Part shown: positions 37,351 to 47,500 of the stretch, piece after piece
How positions within the stretch are numbered: the stretch's first letter is position 1
Layout of the letters: every line of letters begins with the position of its first letter
Source of the DNA: a virus
Lineage: Duplodnaviria; Caudoviricetes
Length of the DNA stretch: 63,334 nt
IMG/VR virus record: IMGVR_UViG_3300021961_000090
Location: 1-63,334 of that record
Strand: one strand, 5' to 3'
Program-made: the position numbers and the translations under genes
Notes under the pieces: model-generated
Database searches by the model: none
Told to the model about the DNA's origin: nothing
Seen by the model: the letters and a program-made list of their open reading frames with translations, nothing else

Positions 37351-38073
37351 ATGCCAGAGGGCGGCTGGTCTTCTGGCGCATGGGGTCAGGCTGGCTGGGG
37401 TTGTTCTGTTTATGACAGAGCTGCCTCAGATTCTGCTACTGCGTCTGAGGCGGCAACCGCAACAATTAATTTTGGTTGTGCGGTAGCTGAAACGGCAACA
37501 GCGTCAGATTCTTGTATTCGGTTTTTAAGTTTTTCTGGTGTTGTAAGTGAGACGACAACAGCTTCTGAGTCTGTATCTGCGGGCGCGGAGTTTGCGGTAA
37601 ATGTATCTGAGACGGCAACTGCTTCAGACAGTGTATCGGCTGGTGCGGTGTTAGGAGCCAATGTTTCAGAGACGGCGACGGCATCAGATCAAGTAAGTGC
37701 AGCACAAACATTTGTTACAGCTATTGTAGAAACGGCCACTGCATCTGACCAAGTTTCAGCATTAGCAGAGTTTATGGCGACGATTTTAGAGTCGGCGTCA
37801 GCATCAGATCAGTCAAGTTGTTTGGTAAATTTTGCAGTATCAGTTTCTGAGACGGCGACGGCATCTGAGACGTGTTCGGCAGCAGCGTCTTTTATAGTCA
37901 ACATTATAGAAACAGCAACGGCATCAGACAGCATAACGAGACGATTGTTGTGGGAATTGATAGATGACAACCAGACGGTCAACTGGCAAAATGTTAGCAA
38001 CAATCAAACGGAAACTTGGGATGATGTAGCCAACAACCAGACGGTGACTTGGCAGAAAATCAACACGATATAA
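37351..38073 (+). CDS. Repetitive tail protein with ETATASD repeats
   Basis: About nine 19-aa repeats centred on E(T/S)ATASD. Confidence 0.75.
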   Translation: MPEGGWSSGAWGQAGWGCSVYDRAASDSATASEAATATINFGCAVAETATASDSCIRFLSFSGVVSETTTASESVSAGAEFAVNVSETATASDSVSAGAVLGANVSETATASDQVSAAQTFVTAIVETATASDQVSALAEFMATILESASASDQSSCLVNFAVSVSETATASETCSAAASFIVNIIETATASDSITRRLLWELIDDNQTVNWQNVSNNQTETWDDVANNQTVTWQKINTI

Positions 38074-38085
38074 AAGGGAAGCATC

Positions 38086-38796
38086 ATGGCAAGCACTTAT
38101 AGCAGCCTGAAGATTGAGTTGATTGGTTCGGGCGAGCAGGCCGGTACGTGGGGAACCACGACAAACACCAATCTTGGTACGGCGGTAGAGGAAGCCATTA
38201 CAGGTTCTGCCAACGTTACGTTTGCAAATGCTTCTGTAACTCTGACGCTGACAGACACTAACGCGACACAGACCGCTCGCAACCTGCGGCTTAACTTAGT
38301 CGGCACGGCAAATGCTGCTTATAACTTAATTGTTCCCGCGATTGAGAAGCAGTATATCGTCAACAATACTCTGTCATATCCAATCACTGTTAAGAACTCT
38401 ACTGGCAACGGTATTGAGGTTGCGCCCAGCACGACGCAAGTTGTGTTTAACGACGGCACAGATGTAAACCTAGCCAGCACGGTTTATCTTGGTGTACCGC
38501 AATCAGGGTCAGATAAAACTGCCGAATACACATTAGCATTGTCTGACCGCAGCAAAGTTGTGGCGATCGGGTCAGGCGGATCTATCAACGTGCCTGATAG
38601 TGTGTTTAGCAACGGCGATGCAGTGTTGGTGTTTAACAATACGAACGCCACGTCTAACATGACGATGAGCATCACGACTGCGTATATCGCCGGCGCGGAT
38701 ACAGATAAGGCTTCGATCTCCTTGGCCACCAGGGGCGTAGCAACTATTCTGTTTGTAAGCGGAACTACCTGCGTTGTGACTGGGAACGTATCGTAA
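38086..38796 (+). CDS. Tail fibre-associated protein
   Basis: MASTYS.LKIEL..GEQ.GTWG.TTN.NL. Confidence 0.7.
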   Translation: MASTYSSLKIELIGSGEQAGTWGTTTNTNLGTAVEEAITGSANVTFANASVTLTLTDTNATQTARNLRLNLVGTANAAYNLIVPAIEKQYIVNNTLSYPITVKNSTGNGIEVAPSTTQVVFNDGTDVNLASTVYLGVPQSGSDKTAEYTLALSDRSKVVAIGSGGSINVPDSVFSNGDAVLVFNNTNATSNMTMSITTAYIAGADTDKASISLATRGVATILFVSGTTCVVTGNVS

Positions 38797-40181
38797 TGCC
38801 ACTAATCCTCAAAAACAGAGTCAAGTCCACTACCACGACGACGGGTACTGGCACGATCACGCTCGGCTCCGCTGCGGCAGGCTATCAGGATTTCTCTGTC
38901 ATTGGTAACGGCAACGAAACCTACTACGTCATCAAGAGCGCGACAGAGTGGGAAGTTGGCAAGGGTACGTACACTTCTTCCGGTACCACGTTATCCAGAA
39001 CACAGGTCTTTGGATCGTCTAACAACGGTGCGTTAGTCAACTTTTCAGCAGGTACGAAAGATGTGCTGTGTGCTTATCCATCAGCAGCTACAGCAGGCGG
39101 TGTTCCGTATGGCGATGACAGCTCGGTAGGCACTGACTTATCAGGCTGGCAGGCGTTTTCTACAGCGTTGAATAATGGTGTAGTAGGTGGGCAGACGTTC
39201 GGGAACAATAATACGAACGGAGTGGTGAGTACGTATTCATTGGTTTATACGGCATCAAGTGCGTATAGGGGCGGTGTTTTAGATGTAAATGGAAATTTAA
39301 ATTTTATTCCTTTCTCTGGCGCGGTTGGGCAAAAAGTATCTTTAACAGGAGCTGTGTCAACATATTCAATTTTATTGTCTGGAGATGGATCAAAATATTC
39401 TGGCGGCGTTCTTGCCTCTAATGGGGATATTTATTTTGTGCCTTGGGTTTCGGTTGTAGGACAAAAGATAAACTCGTCTGGCGTTGTTTCAACTTATTCA
39501 AGTCTAAACAATAGTTATTCTGGAGGCGTTTTATCCCCAAGTGGAGAAGTGCATTTTATTCCGTTTGGCGCGGCTACAGGACAAAAAGTATCCGCATCGG
39601 GCGTTGTTTCAACTTACTCGTTGGTCTATACAAATGGGTCTGGCGCATACTTTGGAGGCGTATTAGCCCCTAATGGAGACATTCATTTTGTTCCTTATTC
39701 CGCCGCTGTTGGTCAAAAAATATCTACATCAGGAGTTGTTTCGACTTATTCTTTGGTATATACAAATACAGCGATAGCTGCATATTCTGGAGGCGTTTTA
39801 GCTCCTAATGGCGATATACACTTTATTCCCAGAAGCGGAGTTGTTGGGCAAAAAATATCTGCCTCTGGTGTCGTGTCTACGTATTCATTGGTATATACAA
39901 CAACTGGCGCATATTGGGGCGGCGTGCTTGCTCCCAACGGCGACATACATTTTGTTCCGGGAAGTGCAAATAGAGGTCAAAAAATATCCGCAGCGGGCGT
40001 TGTTTCTACTTACTCTTTGGCCTATACGATAGCCAATAGTTATACAGGTGGAATTTTGATGCCTAATGGCGACATACATTTTGTTCCGTTTAGCGCAGCC
40101 GTAGGCCAAAAAATCTCCACCAACCCCGGCGCACCGCTCGGCCCCGGCATTTGCCTTAGCCCATTCTTGAACAAGCTATGA
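38796..40181 (+). CDS. Tail fibre/receptor-binding protein, paralogue 1
   Basis: RVK.TTTTTGTG N-domain plus 7 YxGGVLAPNGDIHF.P repeats. Confidence 0.75.
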   Translation: MPLILKNRVKSTTTTTGTGTITLGSAAAGYQDFSVIGNGNETYYVIKSATEWEVGKGTYTSSGTTLSRTQVFGSSNNGALVNFSAGTKDVLCAYPSAATAGGVPYGDDSSVGTDLSGWQAFSTALNNGVVGGQTFGNNNTNGVVSTYSLVYTASSAYRGGVLDVNGNLNFIPFSGAVGQKVSLTGAVSTYSILLSGDGSKYSGGVLASNGDIYFVPWVSVVGQKINSSGVVSTYSSLNNSYSGGVLSPSGEVHFIPFGAATGQKVSASGVVSTYSLVYTNGSGAYFGGVLAPNGDIHFVPYSAAVGQKISTSGVVSTYSLVYTNTAIAAYSGGVLAPNGDIHFIPRSGVVGQKISASGVVSTYSLVYTTTGAYWGGVLAPNGDIHFVPGSANRGQKISAAGVVSTYSLAYTIANSYTGGILMPNGDIHFVPFSAAVGQKISTNPGAPLGPGICLSPFLNKL

Positions 40182-41578
40182 CATTCGTACTCAAAGACCG
40201 CATAAAGGTAACTAGCACCACGACTGGTACGGGTACGTTCACACTCGGCGCTGCGTCAACTGGTTATCAGGACTTCTCTGGCATCGGCAACGGTAATCAG
40301 ACTTACTACACGATCACCAATGGAACAGACTGGGAAGTAGGGATAGGCACTTACACTTCTAGCGGTACTACGCTGTCTCGGGATTATGTACTGGCGTCAT
40401 CTAACAGCGGCGCGAAAGTAGATTGGGCGGCAGGCAGTAAAGATGTCTACGTCCCGCAGCCCGCAGAGAACACGCAGGGATCAGCCCCGACAGCAGACAA
40501 CAGCAGTATTGGCACTGACGGGGTGGCGTTCGACAACTTCCAGAAGAACCTACAGCTAAGCGTCAACGGTGGTGTGACGTTTAAGAACAATAATACGAAT
40601 GGAGTGGTGAGTACATATTCGTTGATTTATACAACAAGCACTGGCGCTTATTCTGGTGGCGTTCTTTCCCCAAATGGAGATTTGCATTTTGTCCCAGAAA
40701 AAGCTGCAAGAGGGCAAAAAATAAATACAAGCACAGGTGTTGTTTCTACATATTCATTAATTTATACAACGTCTCTTGGCGGCGCGTACAGCGGTGGAGT
40801 ATTGGCTCCTAACGGTGATATACATTTTGTTCCATTTAGAGCGCCAAGGGGGCAAAAAATAAATGCGTCAGGCGTTGTTTCTACTTATTCTTTGGTATAT
40901 ACGGCAACTGAAGGATATTTGGGCGGCGTTCTTGGAGTTGACGGGTCAATATATTTTGTGCCACAAACTGGCGCCGTAGGGCAAAAAATATCTACGACTG
41001 GTGTTGTTTCTACATATTCATTAATTTATACAAACGCGTCTGGCGCATACTCTGGCGGAGTTTTAGCCCCTAACGGTGATATACATTTTGTTCCGCATTA
41101 CGCTGCCGTAGGGCAAAAAATATCTACGGCGGGAGTTGTGTCAACATATTCGCTAACCTACACCGCAAACAATGCGTATCAAGGTGGCGTTCTTGCGCCT
41201 AACGGAGATATACATTTTGTTCCACATGCTGCGGCAGTGGGTCAAAAAATATCGGCAACTGGAGTTGTGTCAACATATTCGTTGGTTTATACAACAAGCA
41301 GTGGGGCATATATTGGCGGCGTACTAGCCCCTAATGGGGACATTCATTTTGTTCCAAATTGGGCAAATAGAGGACAAAAAATATCAGCAGTAGGCGTTGT
41401 ATCTACGTACTCACTAAATTACACAGTTAATGATGCTTACGCAGGCGGAATACTTGCGCCAGATGGGAATATTTATTTTGTGCCTTCTGGTGCTGCCGTA
41501 GGTCAACGCATCTCCACCAACCCCGCCATACCTTTCGGCATAGACACTTGCCTAAGCTCTTACCTGAACAAGTTCTGA
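40178..41578 (+). CDS. Tail fibre/receptor-binding protein, paralogue 2
   Basis: Same architecture, 7 repeats. Confidence 0.75.
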   Translation: MTFVLKDRIKVTSTTTGTGTFTLGAASTGYQDFSGIGNGNQTYYTITNGTDWEVGIGTYTSSGTTLSRDYVLASSNSGAKVDWAAGSKDVYVPQPAENTQGSAPTADNSSIGTDGVAFDNFQKNLQLSVNGGVTFKNNNTNGVVSTYSLIYTTSTGAYSGGVLSPNGDLHFVPEKAARGQKINTSTGVVSTYSLIYTTSLGGAYSGGVLAPNGDIHFVPFRAPRGQKINASGVVSTYSLVYTATEGYLGGVLGVDGSIYFVPQTGAVGQKISTTGVVSTYSLIYTNASGAYSGGVLAPNGDIHFVPHYAAVGQKISTAGVVSTYSLTYTANNAYQGGVLAPNGDIHFVPHAAAVGQKISATGVVSTYSLVYTTSSGAYIGGVLAPNGDIHFVPNWANRGQKISAVGVVSTYSLNYTVNDAYAGGILAPDGNIYFVPSGAAVGQRISTNPAIPFGIDTCLSSYLNKF

Positions 41579-41588
41579 GGATTCAATC

Positions 41589-42977
41589 ATGCCGTATGTT
41601 GTCAAAGACAGAGTAAAAGTAACCAGCACAACGACAGGCACTGGCACGTTCACACTGGGTGCGGCGGTCGCAGGATTTCAAGACTTCTCAGCTATTGGCA
41701 ATGGCAATCAGACTTACTACTGCATCACTAACGGTACTGCTTGGGAAGTAGGCATAGGCACATATACGTCATCTGGTACGACGTTATCCCGCGACACAGT
41801 TCTGGAATCCTCTAACAGCAACAACAAGGTTGACTGGGCGGCTGGAACTAAAGATGTGTTCTGTACTTACCCCGCAGATGCGACAGAGGGTACAGTGCCG
41901 ACAGCAGACAACAGCAGCGTTGGTACGGATTTGTATGCTTGGACTAACCTGAAGAAGCAGCTAGACGCAGGGGTAATTAATGGTGTGCCGTATGCCAACG
42001 GTAATATGAGTGGGATGGTGAGTACCTATTCATTGGTGTATACAGCTGGCGCAACTGTTAATGGGTCTTATGCTGGCGGTGTATTGGCTCCTAATGGTGA
42101 CATTCACTTCATACCTTTTACAACAGTAGGTCAAAAAATAAATTACTTAACTGGAGTTGTTTCTACATACAGTTTGGTAAGAACTGCCGGAAGCACTAAT
42201 TATTGGGGAGCAACTTTGGTAGGAAATGGAGATATTATAATGTCTCCTTATGGAACTAACGTAGGACAAAAAATAAACTCGTCGGGCGTTGTATCAACAT
42301 TTAGTTTGGTAAATGTTGCTGGATATTCTGGCGCGGTTCTTTCTCCAAGCGGAGAAACGCACTTTATTCCTTGGGATGCAGCTGTTGGTCAAAAAGTATC
42401 TGCGGCAGGAATAGTTTCCACTTACACATTGAGATACACAGTTGCTGGCAATGCTTATTTTGGCGGCGTACTTGCGCCAAATGGAGAGATACATTTTGTT
42501 CCGGGGACTGCTAATAGAGGTCAAAAAGTAGCAATTGATGGAACAGTATCTACTTATTCATTAGTTTACACAACTCCTAGTGCCTATCGAGGAGGGGTTT
42601 TAGCCGCAAATGGTGATATACACTTTATTCCCTTGAATGCCGCTGTAGGACAAAAAGTATCTGTTACGGGTGTAGTTTCTACTTATTCACTAGTTGTTGC
42701 TGGTGGATATGCAGGTGGAATCTTGGCGCCAAATGGAGACATTCACTTTATCCCTAGCGACGCAACAGTTGGTCAAAAAATATCAGCGGCTGGCGTTGTG
42801 TCTACCTATTCTTTAGCTTACACACTTAGCGGGGGTAACGCATATAGAGGTGGAGTTTTAGCCCCAAACGGAGACATTCACTTTATTCCATTTTTAGCAA
42901 GAGTAGGTCAAAAAATATCTACAAACACAACAAGACAAATAGGCTACGCTTTATCGCCGTTTTTTAATAAGTTTTAA
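41589..42977 (+). CDS. Tail fibre/receptor-binding protein, paralogue 3
   Basis: Same architecture, 7 repeats. Confidence 0.75.
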   Translation: MPYVVKDRVKVTSTTTGTGTFTLGAAVAGFQDFSAIGNGNQTYYCITNGTAWEVGIGTYTSSGTTLSRDTVLESSNSNNKVDWAAGTKDVFCTYPADATEGTVPTADNSSVGTDLYAWTNLKKQLDAGVINGVPYANGNMSGMVSTYSLVYTAGATVNGSYAGGVLAPNGDIHFIPFTTVGQKINYLTGVVSTYSLVRTAGSTNYWGATLVGNGDIIMSPYGTNVGQKINSSGVVSTFSLVNVAGYSGAVLSPSGETHFIPWDAAVGQKVSAAGIVSTYTLRYTVAGNAYFGGVLAPNGEIHFVPGTANRGQKVAIDGTVSTYSLVYTTPSAYRGGVLAANGDIHFIPLNAAVGQKVSVTGVVSTYSLVVAGGYAGGILAPNGDIHFIPSDATVGQKISAAGVVSTYSLAYTLSGGNAYRGGVLAPNGDIHFIPFLARVGQKISTNTTRQIGYALSPFFNKF

Positions 42978-42999
42978 CCACCACACAAAGGGAGAGCTT

Positions 43000-44352
43000 G
43001 TGTATAGCAGAGAGAAAATAGTTGCCGTAATGCAGGAGATTTACGACGAGTCCAAAACAATCAAGCCGTACGTCGTAATTGCTCAGCCACGCCGTGACCT
43101 AAACGAAACAGCAGCACAGAACTTTGACGGGTACGACGGGCTACACGTTGACCTGATGGGCTTCTCACATGGCTTTTGCAACATCGGCGGTGAGAAGGTA
43201 GACGTTGCCCGTAACTACCTGATAGAGCAGGCGCTGGAGTCTGGTGCCAAGTATCTACTGTTTATCGGGGAAGATACGGTTGTCCCATACGACGCATTCA
43301 AGAAGTTGCTGAGAACGTCGGAAGAACATCCTGACGCGGTGATCACAGGTGTCTACTACATCAAGTGTTCAGACGCCATGATCATGGTGCGGGAGGGTGA
43401 TTGGATTACGATCCCTGATGTCGCGCCTGGGCAGTTGATTGAAGCATGGCAAACTGGCATGGACATTATGCTGATCCCAATCAGTATCCTAAAGGCCATG
43501 AAAGAAGAGGAGCCAGAGCTTCCTTTCTGCTGTATCGGCAACAACATCAACGATGAGATTCCGTTCATTGGGGAAGACAACTTCTTCGTTCACCGCCTGC
43601 ATAAGCGCGGCACTAAGTTGTTGGTGAATACAGACGTTCAGTGTCTGCACATGGATTTGGCGACAGGTATGTACACCGCCCATCCGTCGGTAGACCTAAA
43701 GAACTACTACACCAACATCAAGCCTACCCGTCCGCTGACGCTGGATGACAAAGACTTCATCGACAAGCGCTGGCATGATCGGTTGCCTAAAGGTACTGGT
43801 GGCGCCAACTACGCTGCGATCATTGCTCAGATGATGGAAGAGAATCAGCCTATCCGCTTCAACATGGGCTGTGGTCGTGATCGGCTGGAAGGCTACATGG
43901 GCGTGGACATGCACAGTGACACGGCTGATATTAAGCAGGACATCATGGAGCTTGATCTACCGGAGAACTGCGCAGACGAGATATTTGCCAGCCATGTTAT
44001 TGAACACATGCCGCAGCACCGTGCGCCGGAAGTTTTGGGCAAGTGGTTGGCTACGCTAAAAGCTGGCGGCAAGCTGGTAATGGAGCTGCCTGACTTAGCG
44101 GCCTTGTGCAAAGACTATCTGGAGCAAGACGGCGAAGATCAGCGCATGACGGCTATGTGTATCTTCGGGGCGCACGTAGATCGGTTGACACCTGAGACTC
44201 AGGAGAAGGGTGCCTTGTCACCTCATCTGTGGGGCTACACGCCGAAGTCATTGACAGATTTATGTATGAACGTAGGATTTAAGGACATCCAGATTCTGCC
44301 TGCACAGGGGCAGCATCCGGGCAAGAACTTTAGATTGGAGGCTACAAAATGA
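43000..44352 (+). CDS. Glycosyltransferase-methyltransferase fusion
   Basis: N-half VDVARN, LFIGED, GEDNFF; C-half NMGCG, EIFASHVIEH, LKAGG. Confidence 0.75.
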   Translation: MYSREKIVAVMQEIYDESKTIKPYVVIAQPRRDLNETAAQNFDGYDGLHVDLMGFSHGFCNIGGEKVDVARNYLIEQALESGAKYLLFIGEDTVVPYDAFKKLLRTSEEHPDAVITGVYYIKCSDAMIMVREGDWITIPDVAPGQLIEAWQTGMDIMLIPISILKAMKEEEPELPFCCIGNNINDEIPFIGEDNFFVHRLHKRGTKLLVNTDVQCLHMDLATGMYTAHPSVDLKNYYTNIKPTRPLTLDDKDFIDKRWHDRLPKGTGGANYAAIIAQMMEENQPIRFNMGCGRDRLEGYMGVDMHSDTADIKQDIMELDLPENCADEIFASHVIEHMPQHRAPEVLGKWLATLKAGGKLVMELPDLAALCKDYLEQDGEDQRMTAMCIFGAHVDRLTPETQEKGALSPHLWGYTPKSLTDLCMNVGFKDIQILPAQGQHPGKNFRLEATK

Positions 44353-44777
44353 TTTCACTTGAGGGTATTGCGTCCAACCTTGCAAACGAGGAGCGTGGGC
44401 TGGCCTATCTGAAGGTTGAGCATAACGGGCAGACGTATGACTGGCAGCTATTTGTCCCGCAAGGGGCGGATCTGTCGGCATACATCGCATCCAAAGAGGC
44501 GGCTATTAAGGCGGACATTGATGCCAAGGAAGCTGTTTGGGCTGCGCTGACACCGAAGACCCGCGAGATTCCTGACCCGTTTGGTGGTGAGCCGACGGTT
44601 GTGGATATTGATAAGTCGGAGATTGTGCGGCCCGACAACCCTGATTACTACGCTAGGCGTCGGGCTGAGTACCCAGCCCTTGGCGAGCAGTTGGATGCGC
44701 TGTGGAAAGGTGGTGAGGCAGCGGCTGCAATGACTGCCAGGATTGCAGAGATCAAAGCCAAGTATCCGAAACCATGA
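44349..44777 (+). CDS. Tail fibre assembly-like protein
   Basis: RRAEYP.LGEQLDALW...IKAKYPKP. Confidence 0.6.
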   Translation: MISLEGIASNLANEERGLAYLKVEHNGQTYDWQLFVPQGADLSAYIASKEAAIKADIDAKEAVWAALTPKTREIPDPFGGEPTVVDIDKSEIVRPDNPDYYARRRAEYPALGEQLDALWKGGEAAAAMTARIAEIKAKYPKP

Positions 44778-45046
44778 CATTTGTCCTGACTAAAGATCAC
44801 GCTAACAAGCTGATCAGGATAGAAGAATCCTCGGTGGTAGTAATACCAACCGGGGAATTTTCTATGGGCGATGCGCTAATTCTGTACAACAGTTCTGACA
44901 AGTCAATCAGCCTGGAATCCAGGGTGGTTAATTCTTACCAGTCATGCAGGATGGGTCGGCGTCAGTTCTTTGAATGGCCGCCAAGAGGGCTGATAAATGT
45001 ACTGTTTGTTAATGACGATGAGTTAATCGTTACAGTGGGGTACTAA
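44774..45046 (+). CDS. Stand-alone copy of the C-terminal domain of the 38086 protein
   Basis: FSMGDALILYN...PRGLINVLFV vs FSNGDAVLVFN...TRGVATILFV. Confidence 0.6.
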   Translation: MTFVLTKDHANKLIRIEESSVVVIPTGEFSMGDALILYNSSDKSISLESRVVNSYQSCRMGRRQFFEWPPRGLINVLFVNDDELIVTVGY

Positions 45047-45169
45047 TGAGCGGAATACTATTAGCGTTTTTTAACGTTGCTGGTGGCGCTACTCCGGTAG
45101 GCGTTGTTGCTGACGGCACGTTTTCTGGCGCGCCGATTGCAGATGTTTCATTTGGCGGGTAACTAGGAT

Positions 45170-45871
45170 GTGGATCCGCTAACTCTTTTGGCTGCTGCTA
45201 ACGCGGCGGTCGCGGCAGTAAAGAAGGGCGTTGCGCTCTATAAAGAAATTAAGGGCGCAGCGGGCGAAGTCAAAGAAGTATTGGATGACTTGAAGGCGCA
45301 GTACGAAAAAGTAACGGGCGGGAATCCAACGCCAGCACAGAAGCAGCAGTACCACGCGGAAGTACAGCGTGTGCAGGAGATAGCCAAGGCTGATCCAAAT
45401 GATGTGTTTACTGACATTGGCACTCAGCTTGGCGCATTGATGGATAGCTATGACGCCATCAGTAAGGCGTTCTTGAAAGAACAGTTGGAAGCAAAGCAGG
45501 TATATCGAGGTGAAGAGAGCATCGGCAGACGAGCGTTGAAACGTATTCTTATTACAACAAGGCTAGATGCAATGTTGGCAGAAATTAGAGAGACGATGGT
45601 ATACCAAGCCCCGCCTGAATTAGGCAATCTTTGGGGCAAGTTTGAAGAGATGTGGCAGCGGATTATCGTTGAGCAGGAGGAAGCCCACGCGGAGGAACTG
45701 AGGTTGGCTCAGATAGCAAGATGGCGACGCAAAAGAAGAATAGCGGAACTCAGGGCAAAAGCAGTGTGGATTTCAGCAGTCGTTTTCGTAATAGCGTGGG
45801 CGGTGGGTCTAATGTGGCTGACAACGAGAAGCGCAACTCAGAGGACGTACCTTGGTCACTTATCGTGGTAG
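45170..45871 (+). CDS. Membrane-anchored coiled-coil protein
   Basis: MDPLTLLAAA; C-terminal TM. Confidence 0.65.
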   Translation: MDPLTLLAAANAAVAAVKKGVALYKEIKGAAGEVKEVLDDLKAQYEKVTGGNPTPAQKQQYHAEVQRVQEIAKADPNDVFTDIGTQLGALMDSYDAISKAFLKEQLEAKQVYRGEESIGRRALKRILITTRLDAMLAEIRETMVYQAPPELGNLWGKFEEMWQRIIVEQEEAHAEELRLAQIARWRRKRRIAELRAKAVWISAVVFVIAWAVGLMWLTTRSATQRTYLGHLSW

Positions 45872-46026
45872 TGATGACTGTGCTGTTGATGTTTTTCATC
45901 ATCATGCCGGTGTTAGCTTTTATGTACTACGACATGTATTACGCAACGCAGGCGGCGGTGCATGAAGTCAGGAAGATGCGGGAACTGCGCAAAGAGATAC
46001 AGATTGAACGGATGTACGGACAATAA
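45721..46026 (+). CDS. Membrane protein
   Basis: TM segment; overlaps the preceding gene. Confidence 0.5.
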   Translation: MATQKKNSGTQGKSSVDFSSRFRNSVGGGSNVADNEKRNSEDVPWSLIVVVMTVLLMFFIIMPVLAFMYYDMYYATQAAVHEVRKMRELRKEIQIERMYGQ

Positions 46027-46032
46027 GGAGCG

Positions 46033-46548
46033 GTGATGCTGACACTTATCTCAACCATCGGCGGCTACATAGTCGCTCTCTTCCCAAGACTGTTTGACAT
46101 GCTGCAAGATCGTGCGGACAAGAAGCACGAGCTGGACATTATGCAAATGCAGATGCGCCAGCAGTTATCGTTGACCGAGCGTGGCTATTCTCCAGCAGAT
46201 AAGACCGAGGAAGTGCGCGGCAACGACGAGCAGGATCATCAGCAATACATGGCCCAGATGGGCATGATCTACAACAATCAAGAGAAGCTACTGGAATCTT
46301 CTTCTCAGTGGGTCAAAGACATGACTGCGGCTACCCGTCCGTTCGTCACGTTCATCTTCGTGCTTGAGCTGGTGCTGATCAACCTGCTGACTATGCTGTG
46401 GATCTTCCTGCATGGCGACAAGGTGACATCGATTGGTGAGCTAATTCAGATCATGGAGATTGTGTTTGACGCAGACGAGATGGCGCTGCTGGGTACGATC
46501 ATCGCCATGTGGTTTGGTTCTCGTGGTAACTCGAAGGCTGGCAAATGA
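46033..46548 (+). CDS. Putative holin-like membrane protein
   Basis: DKKHEL, RP..TF, WFGSR; lies before the endolysin. Confidence 0.55.
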   Translation: MMLTLISTIGGYIVALFPRLFDMLQDRADKKHELDIMQMQMRQQLSLTERGYSPADKTEEVRGNDEQDHQQYMAQMGMIYNNQEKLLESSSQWVKDMTAATRPFVTFIFVLELVLINLLTMLWIFLHGDKVTSIGELIQIMEIVFDADEMALLGTIIAMWFGSRGNSKAGK

Positions 46549-47030
46549 AACTGCCGGTTGCCACAATTGCAATGATTAAGCACCACGAAGGTGTTCGATA
46601 CAAGCCGTACAAGTGTCCGGCTAAGTTGTGGACGATTGGGGTAGGGCATGTGCTTTACCCTGAGCAGGGCAAGATGCCGATAGATCAGCGCGACAAGTTT
46701 GCGCTCAAGCCGGAGGACTTCCGTGTATTTAGCAAAGACGAAGTGGATAAGATCCTTGAGAAAGACCTACAGCGCTTTGTCGCTGGTGTTCTTCGTTACT
46801 GCCCTGACAATCTTAACGAAAATCGCTTGGGGGCGTTGGTCAGCTTTGCATTCAATGTTGGGCTAGGCACACTCCAGCGGTCTACTCTGCGGCAGAAGCA
46901 TAATCGTGGAGACTTTGAAGGCGCAAAGCAGGAGTTTCTGAAGTTCACTAAAGCTGGCGGCAAGGTTTTGCCGGGGCTGGTGAAGCGCAGGAATGATGAG
47001 ATAGCGCTGTATTTTGCGGAGCCGAAATGA
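46545..47030 (+). CDS. Endolysin, GH24 lysozyme
   Basis: HEG...Y.C....TIG.GH, ALVSFAFNVG, GLVKRR..E. Confidence 0.9.
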   Translation: MKLPVATIAMIKHHEGVRYKPYKCPAKLWTIGVGHVLYPEQGKMPIDQRDKFALKPEDFRVFSKDEVDKILEKDLQRFVAGVLRYCPDNLNENRLGALVSFAFNVGLGTLQRSTLRQKHNRGDFEGAKQEFLKFTKAGGKVLPGLVKRRNDEIALYFAEPK

Positions 47031-47500
47031 ATCCTTGGTTGATACTTGGCGCTGTTCTTGCCATTGGCGCGGCAGCAGTAGGGGGATATCATACGGGTAA
47101 GGAAAGCGGCATGGCAGAAGTGCAGCAGGCGTGGGACAAAGAGAAGACCGCGCAGTATGCTCAGTACGCTAAGGCTATGGAAGAATCTGTTGAGATACAG
47201 CAGCAGCTCCAGATGGGGGCAGACAAGTTGAGACAGGAGAAGGATCGTGAGATTCGGGATATTACTGCTAGGAATACCGCTCTTGCTAACAGCCTGCGCG
47301 ACCGCCAAAGTCGCCCCACCACCCCTACCAGTTCCGTGTCCGGTTCCGCCAGCGCTGGACAAAGTGCCTGTACCGGAAAGCAGCTTTACCGAGAGGATGG
47401 CGAATTTCTTGTCGGGGTCGCTAGAGAAGCTGACGAACTCCGGGCAGCCCTCAAACAATGCTACGCCCAGTACGACGCAGCAAGACAAACGGTGAAATAA
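47027..47500 (+). CDS. Rz-like inner-membrane spanin
   Basis: N-terminal TM plus coiled coil, right after the endolysin. Confidence 0.7.
   Translation: MNPWLILGAVLAIGAAAVGGYHTGKESGMAEVQQAWDKEKTAQYAQYAKAMEESVEIQQQLQMGADKLRQEKDREIRDITARNTALANSLRDRQSRPTTPTSSVSGSASAGQSACTGKQLYREDGEFLVGVAREADELRAALKQCYAQYDAARQTVK
47247..47495 (+). CDS. Rz1-like outer-membrane lipoprotein spanin embedded in Rz
   Basis: +1 frame inside Rz; lipobox LLTAC; Pro-rich. Confidence 0.65.
   Translation: MRFGILLLGIPLLLTACATAKVAPPPLPVPCPVPPALDKVPVPESSFTERMANFLSGSLEKLTNSGQPSNNATPSTTQQDKR

Noticed and set aside
38796-42977. Diversity-generating retroelement acting on the fibres
   Set aside because: No reverse transcriptase ORF and no adenine-specific TR/VR pair were seen.
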